A stretch of 64,000 nucleotides of DNA from an uncultured Bacillota bacterium (GTDB lineage Bacteria > Sysuimicrobiota > Sysuimicrobiia > Sysuimicrobiales > Segetimicrobiaceae): the NCBI GenBank assembly GCA_963804645.1, contig CAWDRG010000008.1:50253-114252 (forward strand), written 5' to 3'. Position numbers and translations under genes: made by a program. Position 1 is the stretch's first letter; each line of letters opens with the position of its first letter. The notes below the pieces were generated by a model. It saw only the letters and a list, made by a program, of their open reading frames with translations, searched no databases and was not told the DNA's origin. Below are positions 53,901-62,946 of this stretch, one piece after another.

Positions 53901-54578
53901 GCGCGCCGCCTCGGCCTGCGCCGCCAGCTCGGCGACGTGCGCCTCCTGCTCGCCGAGGATATCCGCGACGCGCAGCAGCAACTGGTCGGCGGCCGCCATC
54001 CGACGCTCCGCGTCCCGCCGGCGCCGCTTGTACTTGGCGACGCCGGCCGCCTCCTCGAGGATCATCCGCCGTTCTTCGGGCGTGGCCTCGAGCGTGTGGT
54101 CGACCTCGCCCTGCGTGATCAGCGCGTACGAATGGCCGCCCAACCCGGTGCCGAGGAACATCGTCTGAATATCCCGCAGGCGGCACGCGAGGCCGTTGAT
54201 CTGATACTGGCTGTCGGCGGCGCGCAGGGCGCGCCGCGTCACGGTCACCTCGGCGAACGCGAGCGGCGTCGGCGGCGCGTCCTGGTCGCCGTTCGTAGGC
54301 AGGAGCAGCGTCCCGTCCGTGTTGTCGAGGGTGAGGGTGACCTCGGCCATCCCGAGCTGGCGGCGGCGTTCGGCGCCGGCGAAGATCACGTCCTCGTTGC
54401 GCACGCCGCGGAGCGACCGCAGGCTCCCTTCCCCGAGCGCCCAGCGGATCGAGTCGAAGATGTTGCTCTTGCCGCTGCCGTTCGGTCCCACGATCGCGGT
54501 GATCCGCGGGGAGAATTCCAGCGCCGTGCGATCCGCGAACGTTTTGAACCCGGCCAGCTCCAATCGCCTGAGACGCAC
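50949..54578 (-). CDS. smc: Chromosome segregation protein SMC
   Basis: GFKTF, VGPNGSGKSN, coiled coils with hinge, LSGGE, FDEVEAALD, ITH. Confidence 0.97.
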   Translation of the reverse strand: MRLRRLELAGFKTFADRTALEFSPRITAIVGPNGSGKSNIFDSIRWALGEGSLRSLRGVRNEDVIFAGAERRRQLGMAEVTLTLDNTDGTLLLPTNGDQDAPPTPLAFAEVTVTRRALRAADSQYQINGLACRLRDIQTMFLGTGLGGHSYALITQGEVDHTLEATPEERRMILEEAAGVAKYKRRRRDAERRMAAADQLLLRVADILGEQEAHVAELAAQAEAARQYQAYTRELRSHELAVQVEEVRRLARAQRRVRDQLDQVAARRREVDEALRTLEGERESLDRRAADAGRDWDEAQRALVRLTERRTAEEAGVRLFEERRRGVLAQRDRVLREIDRHRGEQAAFEQERTALDDMDRMLVAEHDRAQADIEGAEGRLAVLEADAARAEGRLDEGRGEARAVSEARRHAHNALAAAEARAAGHRERVDALTARIATLEAQREALVVRRGDLARVLELATADLAEKRRALAALREEQVRQSEARDEMVAGLHHAEVERETVRARLRHLEEAHAQYRGYEAGAREMLLARQRDPVGFAAIQGAVVESLSVPRDARVAIEAALGPALSALIVASVDDVRALRARWADLDPGTVTFLPVTLARTQEPSPVPASAASDPGLRGRALDLVQITGPHPDVVRGLLADVLVVEDLDAALRIRSAGYAGRLVTLAGDGLSREGVLTTGWRTGERGTVVGRAEEIDEARAALSRMEEAARAQGGRVDAAAARLREVDAAIADADADIVAESERRTDAEQHVTLVDAEIARVDAECHALAAEREAARREVNAQETLRDALGTQADALDGRLRDLEAEAAALGAFLRDQTGAARAAREEITRIKVALTELAGKRASTRMRADELGRLAAQVAARCGTLEEELAQLDQEAARLEVEEAEARDRCAQAAAEAADLERAMQALDAERAAVAGRRTALDGEHREAMARVEGLAEDAHRAEVRQAQVEAEIGSARRRIEEEFGQTFERAAEGVAESLNREEVLGRIESLRGLIAVLGPVNLIAIDEHQHATVRAEALRAHLEDVQGALAALRATIADLETVIRERFDETFQAVNAEFAALFMRLFGGGRAGLTLVEVEGSDEPGVDITVQPPGKALRSLSALSGGERVMVALALIFAMLRVRPSPFCVFDEVEAALDESNTRKVAEVLCEIAEHSQIIIITHNKATMEVCDVLFGVTMEEPGVSHMVSMRLQERGELEVGQPVG

Positions 54579-54593
54579 GTGGCCCTCCCGGTG

Positions 54594-55757
54594 TCAGTTC
54601 GTGTGATTGGACGCCGACGCGGCGCCGGCAATAACCTCGTCGTACAGGGCGATCAACCGATCGATAATCCGGTCCTCCGCGTACGAGGCCGCGGCGGCGC
54701 GCCCGCGCTGCCCGAACTCGCGGCGGCGCTTCGGATCACTCAACAGGTCCCGCACCACGCTCGCGAACGCCCGCGGCTCGGGCGCGACCAGACGGCCGGT
54801 CTCGCCGTCCTGGACGAGATCGATCGACGCCCCGCCGCGCACCGCCACGACCGCGAGCCCCGCCGCCATCGCCTCGATCACGGCGAGCCCCAGGGTCTCC
54901 GTCTGCGATGGAAACACGAACAGATCGCTGGCGCGCAGCACCGACACCACGCGGTCGTGCGGTTGGCCGCCCGCAAACACCGCGCGGCGGGCGAGACCCA
55001 GCCGGGCGGCATGCGCTTCAAGCGCGGCGCGCTCCGGGCCTTCGCCCACCAGCACCAATCGCACGTCATCGGGAAGCGCCGCGAGGGCGTCCAGCAGCAG
55101 CGGGATGTCCTTCTCCTTGGCGAGCCGCCCGACGTAGACCAGCAGCGGCACCGTCGATGGAATCCCGAGCTCGGCGCGCGCGGCGTCCGCCCGCAGTGGC
55201 GTCGCGAACGCCTCCGGCTCGATGCCGACGCTCGGAATGACGTCGACGCGGGCGCGCACGCCGTACTGCGCGAGCTGCACGGCGAGCGACGGCACCGACG
55301 CCAGCACGACATCGCACAGGTTGCAGTAGGCCGTCGTGTACGCCACCAGCAGCGGCCGGGTCAGCTCGCCGACCACCGGCGCATAGTGCGCGTACTCCGC
55401 GTAGAGCGTGTGGTACGTGAACAGCACGGGCAACCGGTGCCACCGTCCGACCCACATTGCCAACCCGCCGAGCAGGAACGGCGAATGGCTGTGCACGACA
55501 TCGAGCCGCATGCCGCGGATCTGGCGTAGGAGCGGCGCGGAGTACGGCAGCGCGAGCTGGAAATCCGGGGACCCCGGCGCCGCCACCGACGGAAACCGGT
55601 AGACATCTCGGTCGGCGTCGACGTACCCGGGATACGCCGGCGCCATGATCGACACCCGGTGCCCGCGGAGGCGAAGATAACGGCTCGCCGACTCCACGGC
55701 CTGCACGACGCCGCTGCGCCGGGGGAGATAGCTGTCCGTGAATAATCCGATGTGCAC
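54594..55757 (-). CDS. GT4 glycosyltransferase (diacylglycerol glucosyltransferase-like)
   Basis: FTDSYLP..SGV, HSHSPF, TYHTLY, VGRLAKEK, SQTETLGL..IEAMAAG. Confidence 0.9.
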   Translation of the reverse strand: MHIGLFTDSYLPRRSGVVQAVESASRYLRLRGHRVSIMAPAYPGYVDADRDVYRFPSVAAPGSPDFQLALPYSAPLLRQIRGMRLDVVHSHSPFLLGGLAMWVGRWHRLPVLFTYHTLYAEYAHYAPVVGELTRPLLVAYTTAYCNLCDVVLASVPSLAVQLAQYGVRARVDVIPSVGIEPEAFATPLRADAARAELGIPSTVPLLVYVGRLAKEKDIPLLLDALAALPDDVRLVLVGEGPERAALEAHAARLGLARRAVFAGGQPHDRVVSVLRASDLFVFPSQTETLGLAVIEAMAAGLAVVAVRGGASIDLVQDGETGRLVAPEPRAFASVVRDLLSDPKRRREFGQRGRAAAASYAEDRIIDRLIALYDEVIAGAASASNHTN

Positions 55758-55761
55758 CCGG

Positions 55762-56328
55762 CTACGTCTCTCCTTGCGGCTCCTGCCGGTCGAGAAAGTC
55801 CAACAGCGCCGACAGGCGAAAGCGGCGCTGCCCGCCGTGCGTGCGGAGACAGGAGAGCTTGCCCTGATCCGTGTACCGGCGCACGGTGGCCTTGCTCAAG
55901 TTCAGGACGGCCGCCGCCTCATGGAGCGTGAGTTCCGGGTCCAGCAGCCGGCGGATAATCTGTTCACGCGTCTCCGTGATCGGCCGACGCCCGCCCCGCC
56001 GCCGCGGGTCCAATCCCCGCGGAGGCCCGGCTCCGAGCAGCGCGGCCCGCGGACCCGCGCCGGCACGAAAGGCCTCGGCAGGTAGACGTGCCGCGGCGGT
56101 GGCTGATTCGGGAGGTTCGTGAACCGCGCTCGCGCCAGGCGGGCGGTGGCGGGGACTGCCGACGCCGTGCCCGTTGCCCGGGCGCGGCTCCACCGGCTCT
56201 TCCGGAAGGGACACATGCATCTGCTGCTCAAGATACCGATACCAATCCCGCAGTCGCTGCCCCATTCGCTGCTCCGATGTATGCTGCGTAAGTTTTGCTG
56301 CGTAAAATTCGCCTATTAATTCGCTCAA
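55762..56328 (-). CDS. Excisionase/BldC-like (MerR-type) HTH DNA-binding protein
   Basis: C-terminal LTLHEAAAVLNLSKATVRRYTDQGKL...RTHGGQRRF; start uncertain. Confidence 0.82.
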   Translation of the reverse strand: MSELIGEFYAAKLTQHTSEQRMGQRLRDWYRYLEQQMHVSLPEEPVEPRPGNGHGVGSPRHRPPGASAVHEPPESATAAARLPAEAFRAGAGPRAALLGAGPPRGLDPRRRGGRRPITETREQIIRRLLDPELTLHEAAAVLNLSKATVRRYTDQGKLSCLRTHGGQRRFRLSALLDFLDRQEPQGET

Positions 56329-56384
56329 TAGTAGACAAATCCTTCAAATGTTCGGCAGCGCCGCCCCGATCGCGGGGACTACCC

Positions 56385-57606
56385 TCAGTCCGCGTGGGTC
56401 GCGGCAGGCCCGGTGGAGGCGCCGACGACGTGGGAGGCCCGCAGCCGCGCGATCTCCTCGGGGGAGTAGCCGGCTTCCCGGAGCACCTCATCGGTATGCT
56501 CTCCGAGCAGCGGCGGCACGCGGCGGATCTCCCCCGGGGTCTCGGTCATTTTAATGGGGAGTCCGAGCATTTTAACGCGCCCGTGCACCGGATGCGGCAT
56601 CTCGACGAGCATCTGCTGGTGCCGGATCTGAGGGTCCTCGAAGACCTCCGCGAGGCTGTAGATCGGCCCGCAGGCGACGCCGCGTTCGTTCAGGTAGGTG
56701 ATCCACTCCGACGCGGTCCGGGACTGGAACGCCTCGGTCAGGATGGGGCTCAACGCCTCCCGGTTCGCCACGCGATCGCGCACCGTTTTGAACCGAGAGT
56801 CGTCCGCGAGCTCCGGACGGTCAAGCGCCTCGCACAGGCGCTGCCACATCACCTCGTGTCCCGAGCACAGGTTGAACGGCTTGTCCTTCGCCCGATACAC
56901 GCCGAACGGGGACGAGAGTGGATGGTTGTTGCCGGCGACGCCGGGCGAGACGCCGGTCTCGAAATACATCCCGGCGCTCCACGTCAGCAGCGCGACCATC
57001 GAGTCCACGATCGAGACGTACACCTCCTGCCCTCGGCCCGTGCGCGCACGGGCGAGCAAAGCGTAGAGCACCCCGCGGCAGGCGGTCGTCGCGCAGGTGA
57101 GATCAGCGAGGGCGATGCCGGCGCGTGTGGGGCCGGTTGGTTCCTGCCCAGTGATGCTCATGAATCCGGACATCCCCTGCCCCACCTGGTCGAACCCGGG
57201 ACGGCCGGCGTAGGGTCCGGTCTGCCCAAACCCGGTGACGCCGCAGTAGATCAAGCGGGGGTTCGCGTCTCGCAGACTTCGCGCGCTGAGCCCTAGCCGG
57301 TCCATCACGCCCGGTCTGAAGTTCTCGATCACCACGTCGGCTGTGCGCGCGAGCCTGCGGATGATCTCCTTGCCCTCCGCTGTCGTAAAATCGATCGTGA
57401 CGCTGCGTTTGCTGCGGTTCGCCGCCGCGAAGAAAGTAGCTGTTCCCGACCAGGTCGGGGCGGAGCGTTTGCGTGCGGGTGTGATCCCCGTCGAGCGGCT
57501 CGATCTTAATGACGTCGGCGCCGTAATCGCCGAGCTCCATGGTGCAAAACGGCCCGGCGAGAAACCGTGTGAGATCAACGACCCGCACGCCCTCAAGGGG
57601 AAGCAT
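56385..57606 (-). CDS. CaiB/BaiF family III CoA-transferase; +1 frameshift near 57434
   Basis: [19 protein letters not shown]...GADVIKIE in one frame; [16 protein letters not shown] and PPLLGEHT in the next. Confidence 0.92.
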
Positions 57607-57691
57607 CGGTCCCGTCCTCCTGACTGCGCGGAGATGGAGCGCATCCCCGCAAGATGGCGTTCCGTCGGCGCGCGGCCCGGGCGCGCCACCG

Positions 57692-58465
57692 CTACTGCCC
57701 GCGGAAGGTCGGCGGCCGCTTCTCAAGGAACGCACGCACGCCCTCGCGATAGTCTGCGCTTTCATACGCCCGATCGACGTATCCGGCGGGATCGGTGGCG
57801 GCGCCTCCGTCGCGCAGGTGACGGAGCATCTGCTTCGCACCCTCCTGTGACAGCGGCGCCTGCTGGGCGATCGCCCGCGCGTAGTCGCCCGTCTCGCGTT
57901 CCAAGCGGTCCGGCGCGCACACCCGGTTGACGAGCCCCATATGGAACGCGTCTTCGGCATCGACGAGCCGGCCGCTGTACAAGAGATCCCCAGCACGGCT
58001 CGGCCCAACCACGTCCGCCAGACGGCGGGTGGCCTCGAGACTGTATACGATGCCGAGGCGCGCCGCGGTAATCCCGAGCCGGGCGGTCCGGCTTGCCCAC
58101 CGGAGGTCGCATGCGAGCGCTACTGACAGACCGCCGCCCACGCACGCCCCGTGAATCATCGCGATCGTCGGCCGAGGAAAGCGCTCCAGCGCGCGTTCGG
58201 CTTCTCGCACCGTGACGCTGTACGCGCGCGCCGACGAGGTGCTCGCGCGCACGCGTTCAAACTCTGAGATGTCGGCACCCGACGCAAACGCTTCATCGCC
58301 GGCGCCGCGCACGATCAGGACCCGCACCGAATCGTCGCCTTCGACGTCGCGGATGACGCGCGGAAGGGCCTGCCACATCTCGATCGTGATCGCGTTGCGG
58401 CGCTCCGGCCGGTTGAGCACCAGGAACGCGATCGCGCCGTCGCGCAGCAATACGAGTTCGTCCAT
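57692..58465 (-). CDS. Enoyl-CoA hydratase/isomerase family protein
   Basis: [44 protein letters not shown]. Confidence 0.93.
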   Translation of the reverse strand: MDELVLLRDGAIAFLVLNRPERRNAITIEMWQALPRVIRDVEGDDSVRVLIVRGAGDEAFASGADISEFERVRASTSSARAYSVTVREAERALERFPRPTIAMIHGACVGGGLSVALACDLRWASRTARLGITAARLGIVYSLEATRRLADVVGPSRAGDLLYSGRLVDAEDAFHMGLVNRVCAPDRLERETGDYARAIAQQAPLSQEGAKQMLRHLRDGGAATDPAGYVDRAYESADYREGVRAFLEKRPPTFRGQ

Positions 58466-58641
58466 ACGGCACCCCCCCGGGCCCACGTCGACAGCGTTGG
58501 GTTCTGTCGGCACCCGAACGGTTCCTGTCCGGGACGAGCGTGCGCGGGCTGGTCATGGCATCGGATCCCGTGCCGCACGGGGGCACCGTAGGATAGAATA
58601 GACGTCGCACGATACACCCACTGCGGATCGGAGGAGCGCGC

Positions 58642-59553
58642 ATGCGACGGCTGTGGGTTTCACTCAGTGTCGTGGTCCTCACTTGCGCGCTCGGCGTCGC
58701 GCCGTGGGCCGGAGCGAGCCCCGTGACCGCGGTGACGATCGATCCTGTGGGTGCGAGGGATACGGGTGCCTACGGGATCAACGACGGCGGGCAGATCGTG
58801 GGCTACTTCAACGGCGCCGGAGCCACCGTCGGTTTCCTCGCCAACCCGAGCACCTATGCCCATGTCCACGGGTACCTGCGCGCACCGGGCGGCGACTTCG
58901 CGACGGTCGATGTTCCGAACGCGACCGACACTTACGCGACTGGGATCAACAACGGTAGCCAGATCATCGGCCGCTTCGAGGACGCACGTCGCCACACCCA
59001 CGCGTTTCTGGACACTCCCGAGGCCGGCTTCACCGTGATCGACGCCCCGGGCGCAACCGCCACGGAAGCCTACGGAATCAACAATCTCGGGCAGATCGTC
59101 GGCAACCTCGCAGACACACGCGGCCACACCCACGGGTTTTTGCGCGCTTCCGGCGGCACATTCACCCGGATCGACGTTCCTACTGCGACCGATACTGAAG
59201 CCGACGGGATCAACGACGCCGGGCAGATCGTGGGCACCTATGTGGACGCAGTCGGCCGCCGCCATGGGTTTGTGCGCGCCTCCGGAGGCACGTTCACTCC
59301 CATCGACGCTCCGGGCTCGACCAACACCTGGGCGTACGGGATCAACGACGCCGGGCAGATCGTGGGCGCGTTCGTGCGAGGGACACGCACGGCTCCACAC
59401 GCGGCGTTCTTGCGCACCTCCCGGGGCACCTTCACCACGATCAATGTCTTGGGCGCAACCGAAACGCTCGCCCGCGGGATCAACGCCGCCGGCCAGATCG
59501 TGGGCTCCTTCCGGGACGCGCGCCACACGGCTCTCGGCTATCTGAGCCGCTAA
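58642..59553 (+). CDS. Secreted HAF-repeat (beta-propeller-like) protein
   Basis: Signal peptide plus six repeats of roughly 44 aa with consensus A.GIN..GQIVG......H[GA]FL; GGAGGAG RBS. Confidence 0.88.
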   Translation: MRRLWVSLSVVVLTCALGVAPWAGASPVTAVTIDPVGARDTGAYGINDGGQIVGYFNGAGATVGFLANPSTYAHVHGYLRAPGGDFATVDVPNATDTYATGINNGSQIIGRFEDARRHTHAFLDTPEAGFTVIDAPGATATEAYGINNLGQIVGNLADTRGHTHGFLRASGGTFTRIDVPTATDTEADGINDAGQIVGTYVDAVGRRHGFVRASGGTFTPIDAPGSTNTWAYGINDAGQIVGAFVRGTRTAPHAAFLRTSRGTFTTINVLGATETLARGINAAGQIVGSFRDARHTALGYLSR

Positions 59554-59666
59554 ACGCGCCATCCGCGGTCGTACGTGACCCGGCGGCTCATGCGCGTCGT
59601 GCTGGATGCTCGCCTCGTGATCATCGGTAGGGCGTGCATCGGCTACCAGCGCCGTGGAAAACCCGG

Positions 59667-59695
59667 GTGACAGCACACATTGCCGATGCTACAAT
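59667..59695 (+). promoter_or_regulatory. Promoter of tRNA-Pro
   Basis: GTGACA-17 nt-TACAAT with an extended -10 TG. Confidence 0.65.
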
Positions 59696-59705
59696 GGGAC
59701 GGCGT

Positions 59706-59782
59706 CGGGGAGTGGCGCAGCTTGGTAGCGCGCAGCGTTCGGGACGCTGAGGCCGGGGGTTCAAGTCCCCCCTCCCCGACCA
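59706..59782 (+). tRNA. tRNA-Pro (anticodon CGG)
   Basis: Full cloverleaf of 77 nt: acceptor CGGGGAG/CTCCCCG, D stem GCGC, anticodon stem CAGCG/CGCTG with loop TTCGGGA, T arm GGGGG-TTCAAGT-CCCCC, encoded CCA. Confidence 0.97.
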
Positions 59783-59830
59783 GTACGGCTGGCTACCGAT
59801 TGGTACGGCTCTCTACCGATCAGTACGGCT
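59781..59830 (+). repeat. 2.5 tandem copies of a 20-nt unit
   Basis: CAGTACGGCTGGCTACCGAT / TGGTACGGCTCTCTACCGAT / CAGTACGGCT. Confidence 0.85.
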
Positions 59831-59846
59831 CGCGACATAATCCTTA

Positions 59847-59892
59847 TCTGGAGCCCGTTCGCGCATTCTTCTGGAGCCAGTTCGCGCATTCT
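59847..59892 (+). repeat. Tandem 23-nt duplication
   Basis: TCTGGAGCC[C/A]GTTCGCGCATTCT twice, one mismatch. Confidence 0.9.
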
Positions 59893-59920
59893 ATTGAACA
59901 CCTACACTCCCCGGTCATTC

Positions 59921-60172
59921 TCACTCAATACCGCTCGAAACCGCACGATGCGTGACGCTGGCGTGACAGCCGGTCGACCAGACAAGATCCTCGGGCCATT
60001 CTACTGGCCTCACCTTGATCGTCTCAAACTTGATCGTCTCAAAGAGGTGTCCGTAGCGCTTGAGCGTAAAGCCCGGATCCGAATGGCCGGCCTGTTTCGA
60101 GATGTAGAGCGGGTCCTTGCCCGCGGCAATCAGCGGGCTGACAAACTGGTGGCGCAGATCGTGCATCGTGCG
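59921..60172 (-). pseudogene. C-terminal remnant of a tyrosine integrase
   Basis: HDLRH...AGHS...TLKRYGH catalytic motifs; in-frame stop just upstream; internal 15-nt duplication (FETIK twice). Confidence 0.88.
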
Positions 60173-60214
60173 TCACGTGAAAGTCCGCCCCATGCCACAA
60201 CTGCCAGTTGAACC

Positions 60215-60396
60215 GGACCCCGCCCCCCCCAGGTGTCCGCCGCGGGATTCACCCCGGTCACCGTGAGCAGCGAACCGGCCGACCCTTGCAGCGTCGCCGT
60301 GGTCCTGAATCCCGGCGTCCCAAACTCGTGCCCGTACCCCGCGTACGCCGTCCACCCGAACGTGTCGTGCGTCGGGCCCGCCAGCCGCAAGCCTAT
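60215..60396 (-). pseudogene. Fragment resembling the C-terminal part of an autotransporter beta-domain
   Basis: GLRL...YAGYGHEFG...TATLQGSAGSLLTVTG...D matches the HEF...TV.G pattern I recall for this domain. Confidence 0.45.
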
Positions 60397-60420
60397 GCAA
60401 CGGGGCCTGGGTTGCGATTA

Positions 60421-60439
60421 GTTATGTCATTATGATAAC
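60421..60439. promoter_or_regulatory. Palindromic operator candidate upstream of the TA-like pair
   Basis: GTTAT-N9-ATAAC in an AT-rich patch that includes a TATGAT -10-like hexamer. Confidence 0.5.
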
Positions 60440-60447
60440 CTTTATGT

Positions 60448-60804
60448 GTGACGATGCGCCGTGACCCGAGCCTAGATGCACTGCTCGATCTCGATGGACA
60501 GGTGCTCGTGGTGGATCCCGAGGGCGGTCACACGGTCCGGTTCGTCGTAACGCGGGTCCCGGCCTCCGCTGAGAAGCCACACGGCATTAACTACTCCCTC
60601 ACGCTGCACGGACCTGATGGCGAGCGGTTGGTCGGCTTCGATAACGCACATCCGGTCGCCAGGCGGAAGCGCGCCGAACCACAGGACCATTACCACCGGG
60701 TGCGGACGACCAAACCATACGTCTACCGAGACGCGGCGACCCTTCTCGATGACTTTTGGAGCGCGGTGGATGCGGTGTTACGCGCGAGAGGAGTGATCTC
60801 ATGA
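60448..60804 (+). CDS. DUF6516 (TumE-like) putative toxin
   Basis: KPHGINYSLTLH...RLVGFDNAH...DHYH...Y...LLDDFW motif pattern. Confidence 0.8.
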   Translation: MTMRRDPSLDALLDLDGQVLVVDPEGGHTVRFVVTRVPASAEKPHGINYSLTLHGPDGERLVGFDNAHPVARRKRAEPQDHYHRVRTTKPYVYRDAATLLDDFWSAVDAVLRARGVIS

Positions 60805-61178
60805 CGACGTTGAAAGTTGGCATCGCCAGTTACCAAGAGATGAAGGCTCGCACTATGGCGGTAGCACGGGGTGAACGGCGCGGCGCCTCCGGCGAACCTA
60901 AGGTCTGGTTCACTTCGACGGAGTCCTTCGCAAAGGTTCTGTCGGCCGGCAACCGAGAGCTGTTGCGTGTCGTCGTCGAAAAAGCACCGACCTCGCTAGA
61001 CGAGTTGGCGCGCATGACGGGTAAGGCCAAATCGAATCTGTCGCGCACCTTAAGGACCATGGAAAATTATGGATTGGTCCAGCTTGTGCGCGGCGAGCGG
61101 GGACGCGTAACACCGAAAGTAATCTATGATCGAGTGGAGTTAGACCTGCCGCTCACTGCATCACGGAAGGCGGGCTGA
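60801..61178 (+). CDS. Winged-HTH protein, putative antitoxin (HVO_A0114-like)
   Basis: ATGA overlap; WFTS.ESFAKVLS..NRELL...SLDELARMTGKAKSNLSRTL. Confidence 0.82.
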   Translation: MTTLKVGIASYQEMKARTMAVARGERRGASGEPKVWFTSTESFAKVLSAGNRELLRVVVEKAPTSLDELARMTGKAKSNLSRTLRTMENYGLVQLVRGERGRVTPKVIYDRVELDLPLTASRKAG

Positions 61179-61238
61179 ACCCGAGGCCCAGACGTACTGT
61201 ACCGCGCAAGTCGCGACCCATCGAGCGGACGGTAAGCG

Positions 61239-61454
61239 TCAGAAGTGCAGGTCGAGTCCGATGCTGCCCGTCAAGCGCTCGCGAATTTTCCGCGCCGTCC
61301 AGCTGGGGTGCTCGCGCTTCACATTGAGAATGTAGTTCTCGACTTGAACGGGCAGTTGGTTGGCGTAGCGAATCGGATGCCGGCTGCGGTCAGTGAGCCC
61401 GTGCATGCCGCAGTCCTGATACTGATCGAAGAGCTTGTAGCCGGTCTTGCGGGA
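61239..61454 (-). pseudogene. IS481-family transposase N-terminal fragment
   Basis: Manual translation (no start codon, so not in the ORF track): SRKTGYKLFDQYQDCGMHGLTDRSRHPIRYANQLP...REHPSWTARKIRERL. Confidence 0.8.
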
Positions 61455-61486
61455 CCTCCAGGATCTGCTCGGAACAGTATTAAAGA

Positions 61487-62946
61487 GCCTCTACCGGCTT
61501 TCGAGTGGGTACAGGTCCAGCCCTCCGCAGTGAAAGTAGATGGCCGTCTTGAAATTGTCGACGTTCCGGAAGCCGCGTGCGGTCTTCTTGACCCACTGGA
61601 TCGTGGCGTTGACGGCCTCGAGCCCGGCATTCGTGATGCGGTGGCGATGGTAGGTCAGCACGTTCGGTAGGTGCCTGCGGATCAGCCACGCGACCTGCGC
61701 CATAGGCTTGAGCCGGCTGTGCGTGGCGCGCCAGAACCAGCGCGCGAAGAACGTCTCCGCGGACCGGCGGTAACTGTACTCCCAGAAATGTCGGAAGCGC
61801 TCCTTGAGTGCCCAGGCGCGTCCCACTTTCAGGTCATCGCCGAGCAAGAGCCGGAAGGTGCGCCGCTGTTCGGGCTTGAGCTCGCTCGGCCGGCGTAGCC
61901 AAAGGTATTTCGTCCCCGTCAACCGACGATCGGAGGAGCGGGACAACTCCCGGTGTTCGGTCCGCCGCACCTTGTCCACGGCCGTGTGGAGATGCTTCAC
62001 GACATGGAACTTATCAAACACAATCTTGTCCACCCCGTCGGGCACGTGACTGGTGACCGAGTGTATGTAGGGCTCCCACATGTCCATCGCGACGGCGGCG
62101 ATGCTCTCGCGCTGGGCCGGCGTGCAGGTGGGCCAGAAGGCGTCGAGGCTTTCCGCTTTGCGATCCTCGTTGACGAACAGCACCCGGTGGCGTTGCAGGT
62201 CCGCCACCACGGTCAAGTACCGGTGGCCTTTGGTGATTGCCTTCTCGTCCACGCCGACGTACGGGATCGGTTCCGCTGTCCGGCGCGCCAGCCCGCGCTT
62301 CACCGCCCGGCTCTTAATCCCCCACGCTTCATCCCAGGTGATCCGGAGTAGGGCCGCCGCGCCGGTGACCGAGCATTCCCGCAGAAAGTCGATCGCCAAC
62401 CGCTCAAACAACTGCGTGAACTGGCTGCCCGGCTCGGCCCACGGGATGGTGATCTGCTTGATCCCGTGCTGAGCGCACTGCACCCGCGGGACATCGGCTT
62501 CAATCCACGTGCGCAGCTGGAGCGTGTCCAGATGCCGCCACCGCCGCGGACGGCGATCATAGCCCGGCGACGGCGTCTGACATTCCGGACACGGAAACGG
62601 GCCCGGGCCCGCCTCGACTTTCACCGTCACTTGCTCGCCGGGGATATCCACCTCCACCCCGACCACCTTCCACGGTGGCGTGAGCCCCAGGATCGTAGCG
62701 TATAACTCGACATCGCGCACCAGACCAGCCTCCTCACGAAGCGTTCCCGCCCCGCGGGTCAGATTGCGCCTGCCGACCATAGTGGCAGGGGTGCACCCGC
62801 CCCCGACGGCGGTCAAGAAGCGCGCAGCGCGCCGAAGGCCATGTTCTTGACGGCCGGCGGGGGTAGGTGTCTGGCTTTGAGCTGGTCGGCAGGCGTTGGT
62901 TTCTACTGGTCTACGCTATTTCACCCACACAACTTCCCGAAGAGCC
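61487..62946 (-). mobile_element. Complete ISL3-family insertion sequence (1460 bp)
   Basis: 24-bp imperfect terminal inverted repeats (61487-61510 and 62923-62946, 16/24 identical) flanked by the perfect 8-bp duplication ATTAAAGA (61479-61486, 62947-62954). Confidence 0.93.
61491..62720 (-). CDS. ISL3 family transposase
   Basis: GTG after GAGGAGG; zinc finger CPEC...C..HG, GVDEK, AMDMWEPY, FDKFHVV, TNAGLEAVN; stop codon inside the terminal repeat. Confidence 0.95.
   Translation of the reverse strand: MRDVELYATILGLTPPWKVVGVEVDIPGEQVTVKVEAGPGPFPCPECQTPSPGYDRRPRRWRHLDTLQLRTWIEADVPRVQCAQHGIKQITIPWAEPGSQFTQLFERLAIDFLRECSVTGAAALLRITWDEAWGIKSRAVKRGLARRTAEPIPYVGVDEKAITKGHRYLTVVADLQRHRVLFVNEDRKAESLDAFWPTCTPAQRESIAAVAMDMWEPYIHSVTSHVPDGVDKIVFDKFHVVKHLHTAVDKVRRTEHRELSRSSDRRLTGTKYLWLRRPSELKPEQRRTFRLLLGDDLKVGRAWALKERFRHFWEYSYRRSAETFFARWFWRATHSRLKPMAQVAWLIRRHLPNVLTYHRHRITNAGLEAVNATIQWVKKTARGFRNVDNFKTAIYFHCGGLDLYPLESR

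Noticed and set aside
58642..59553. HAF-gene repeats as a DGR template/variable pair
   Set aside because: The repeats are in-frame protein repeats with no evident adenine-specific variation, and there is no reverse transcriptase in the window.
59781..59892. Short repeats after the tRNA as a mini-CRISPR array
   Set aside because: The units are directly adjacent with no unique spacers, and there are no cas genes in the window.
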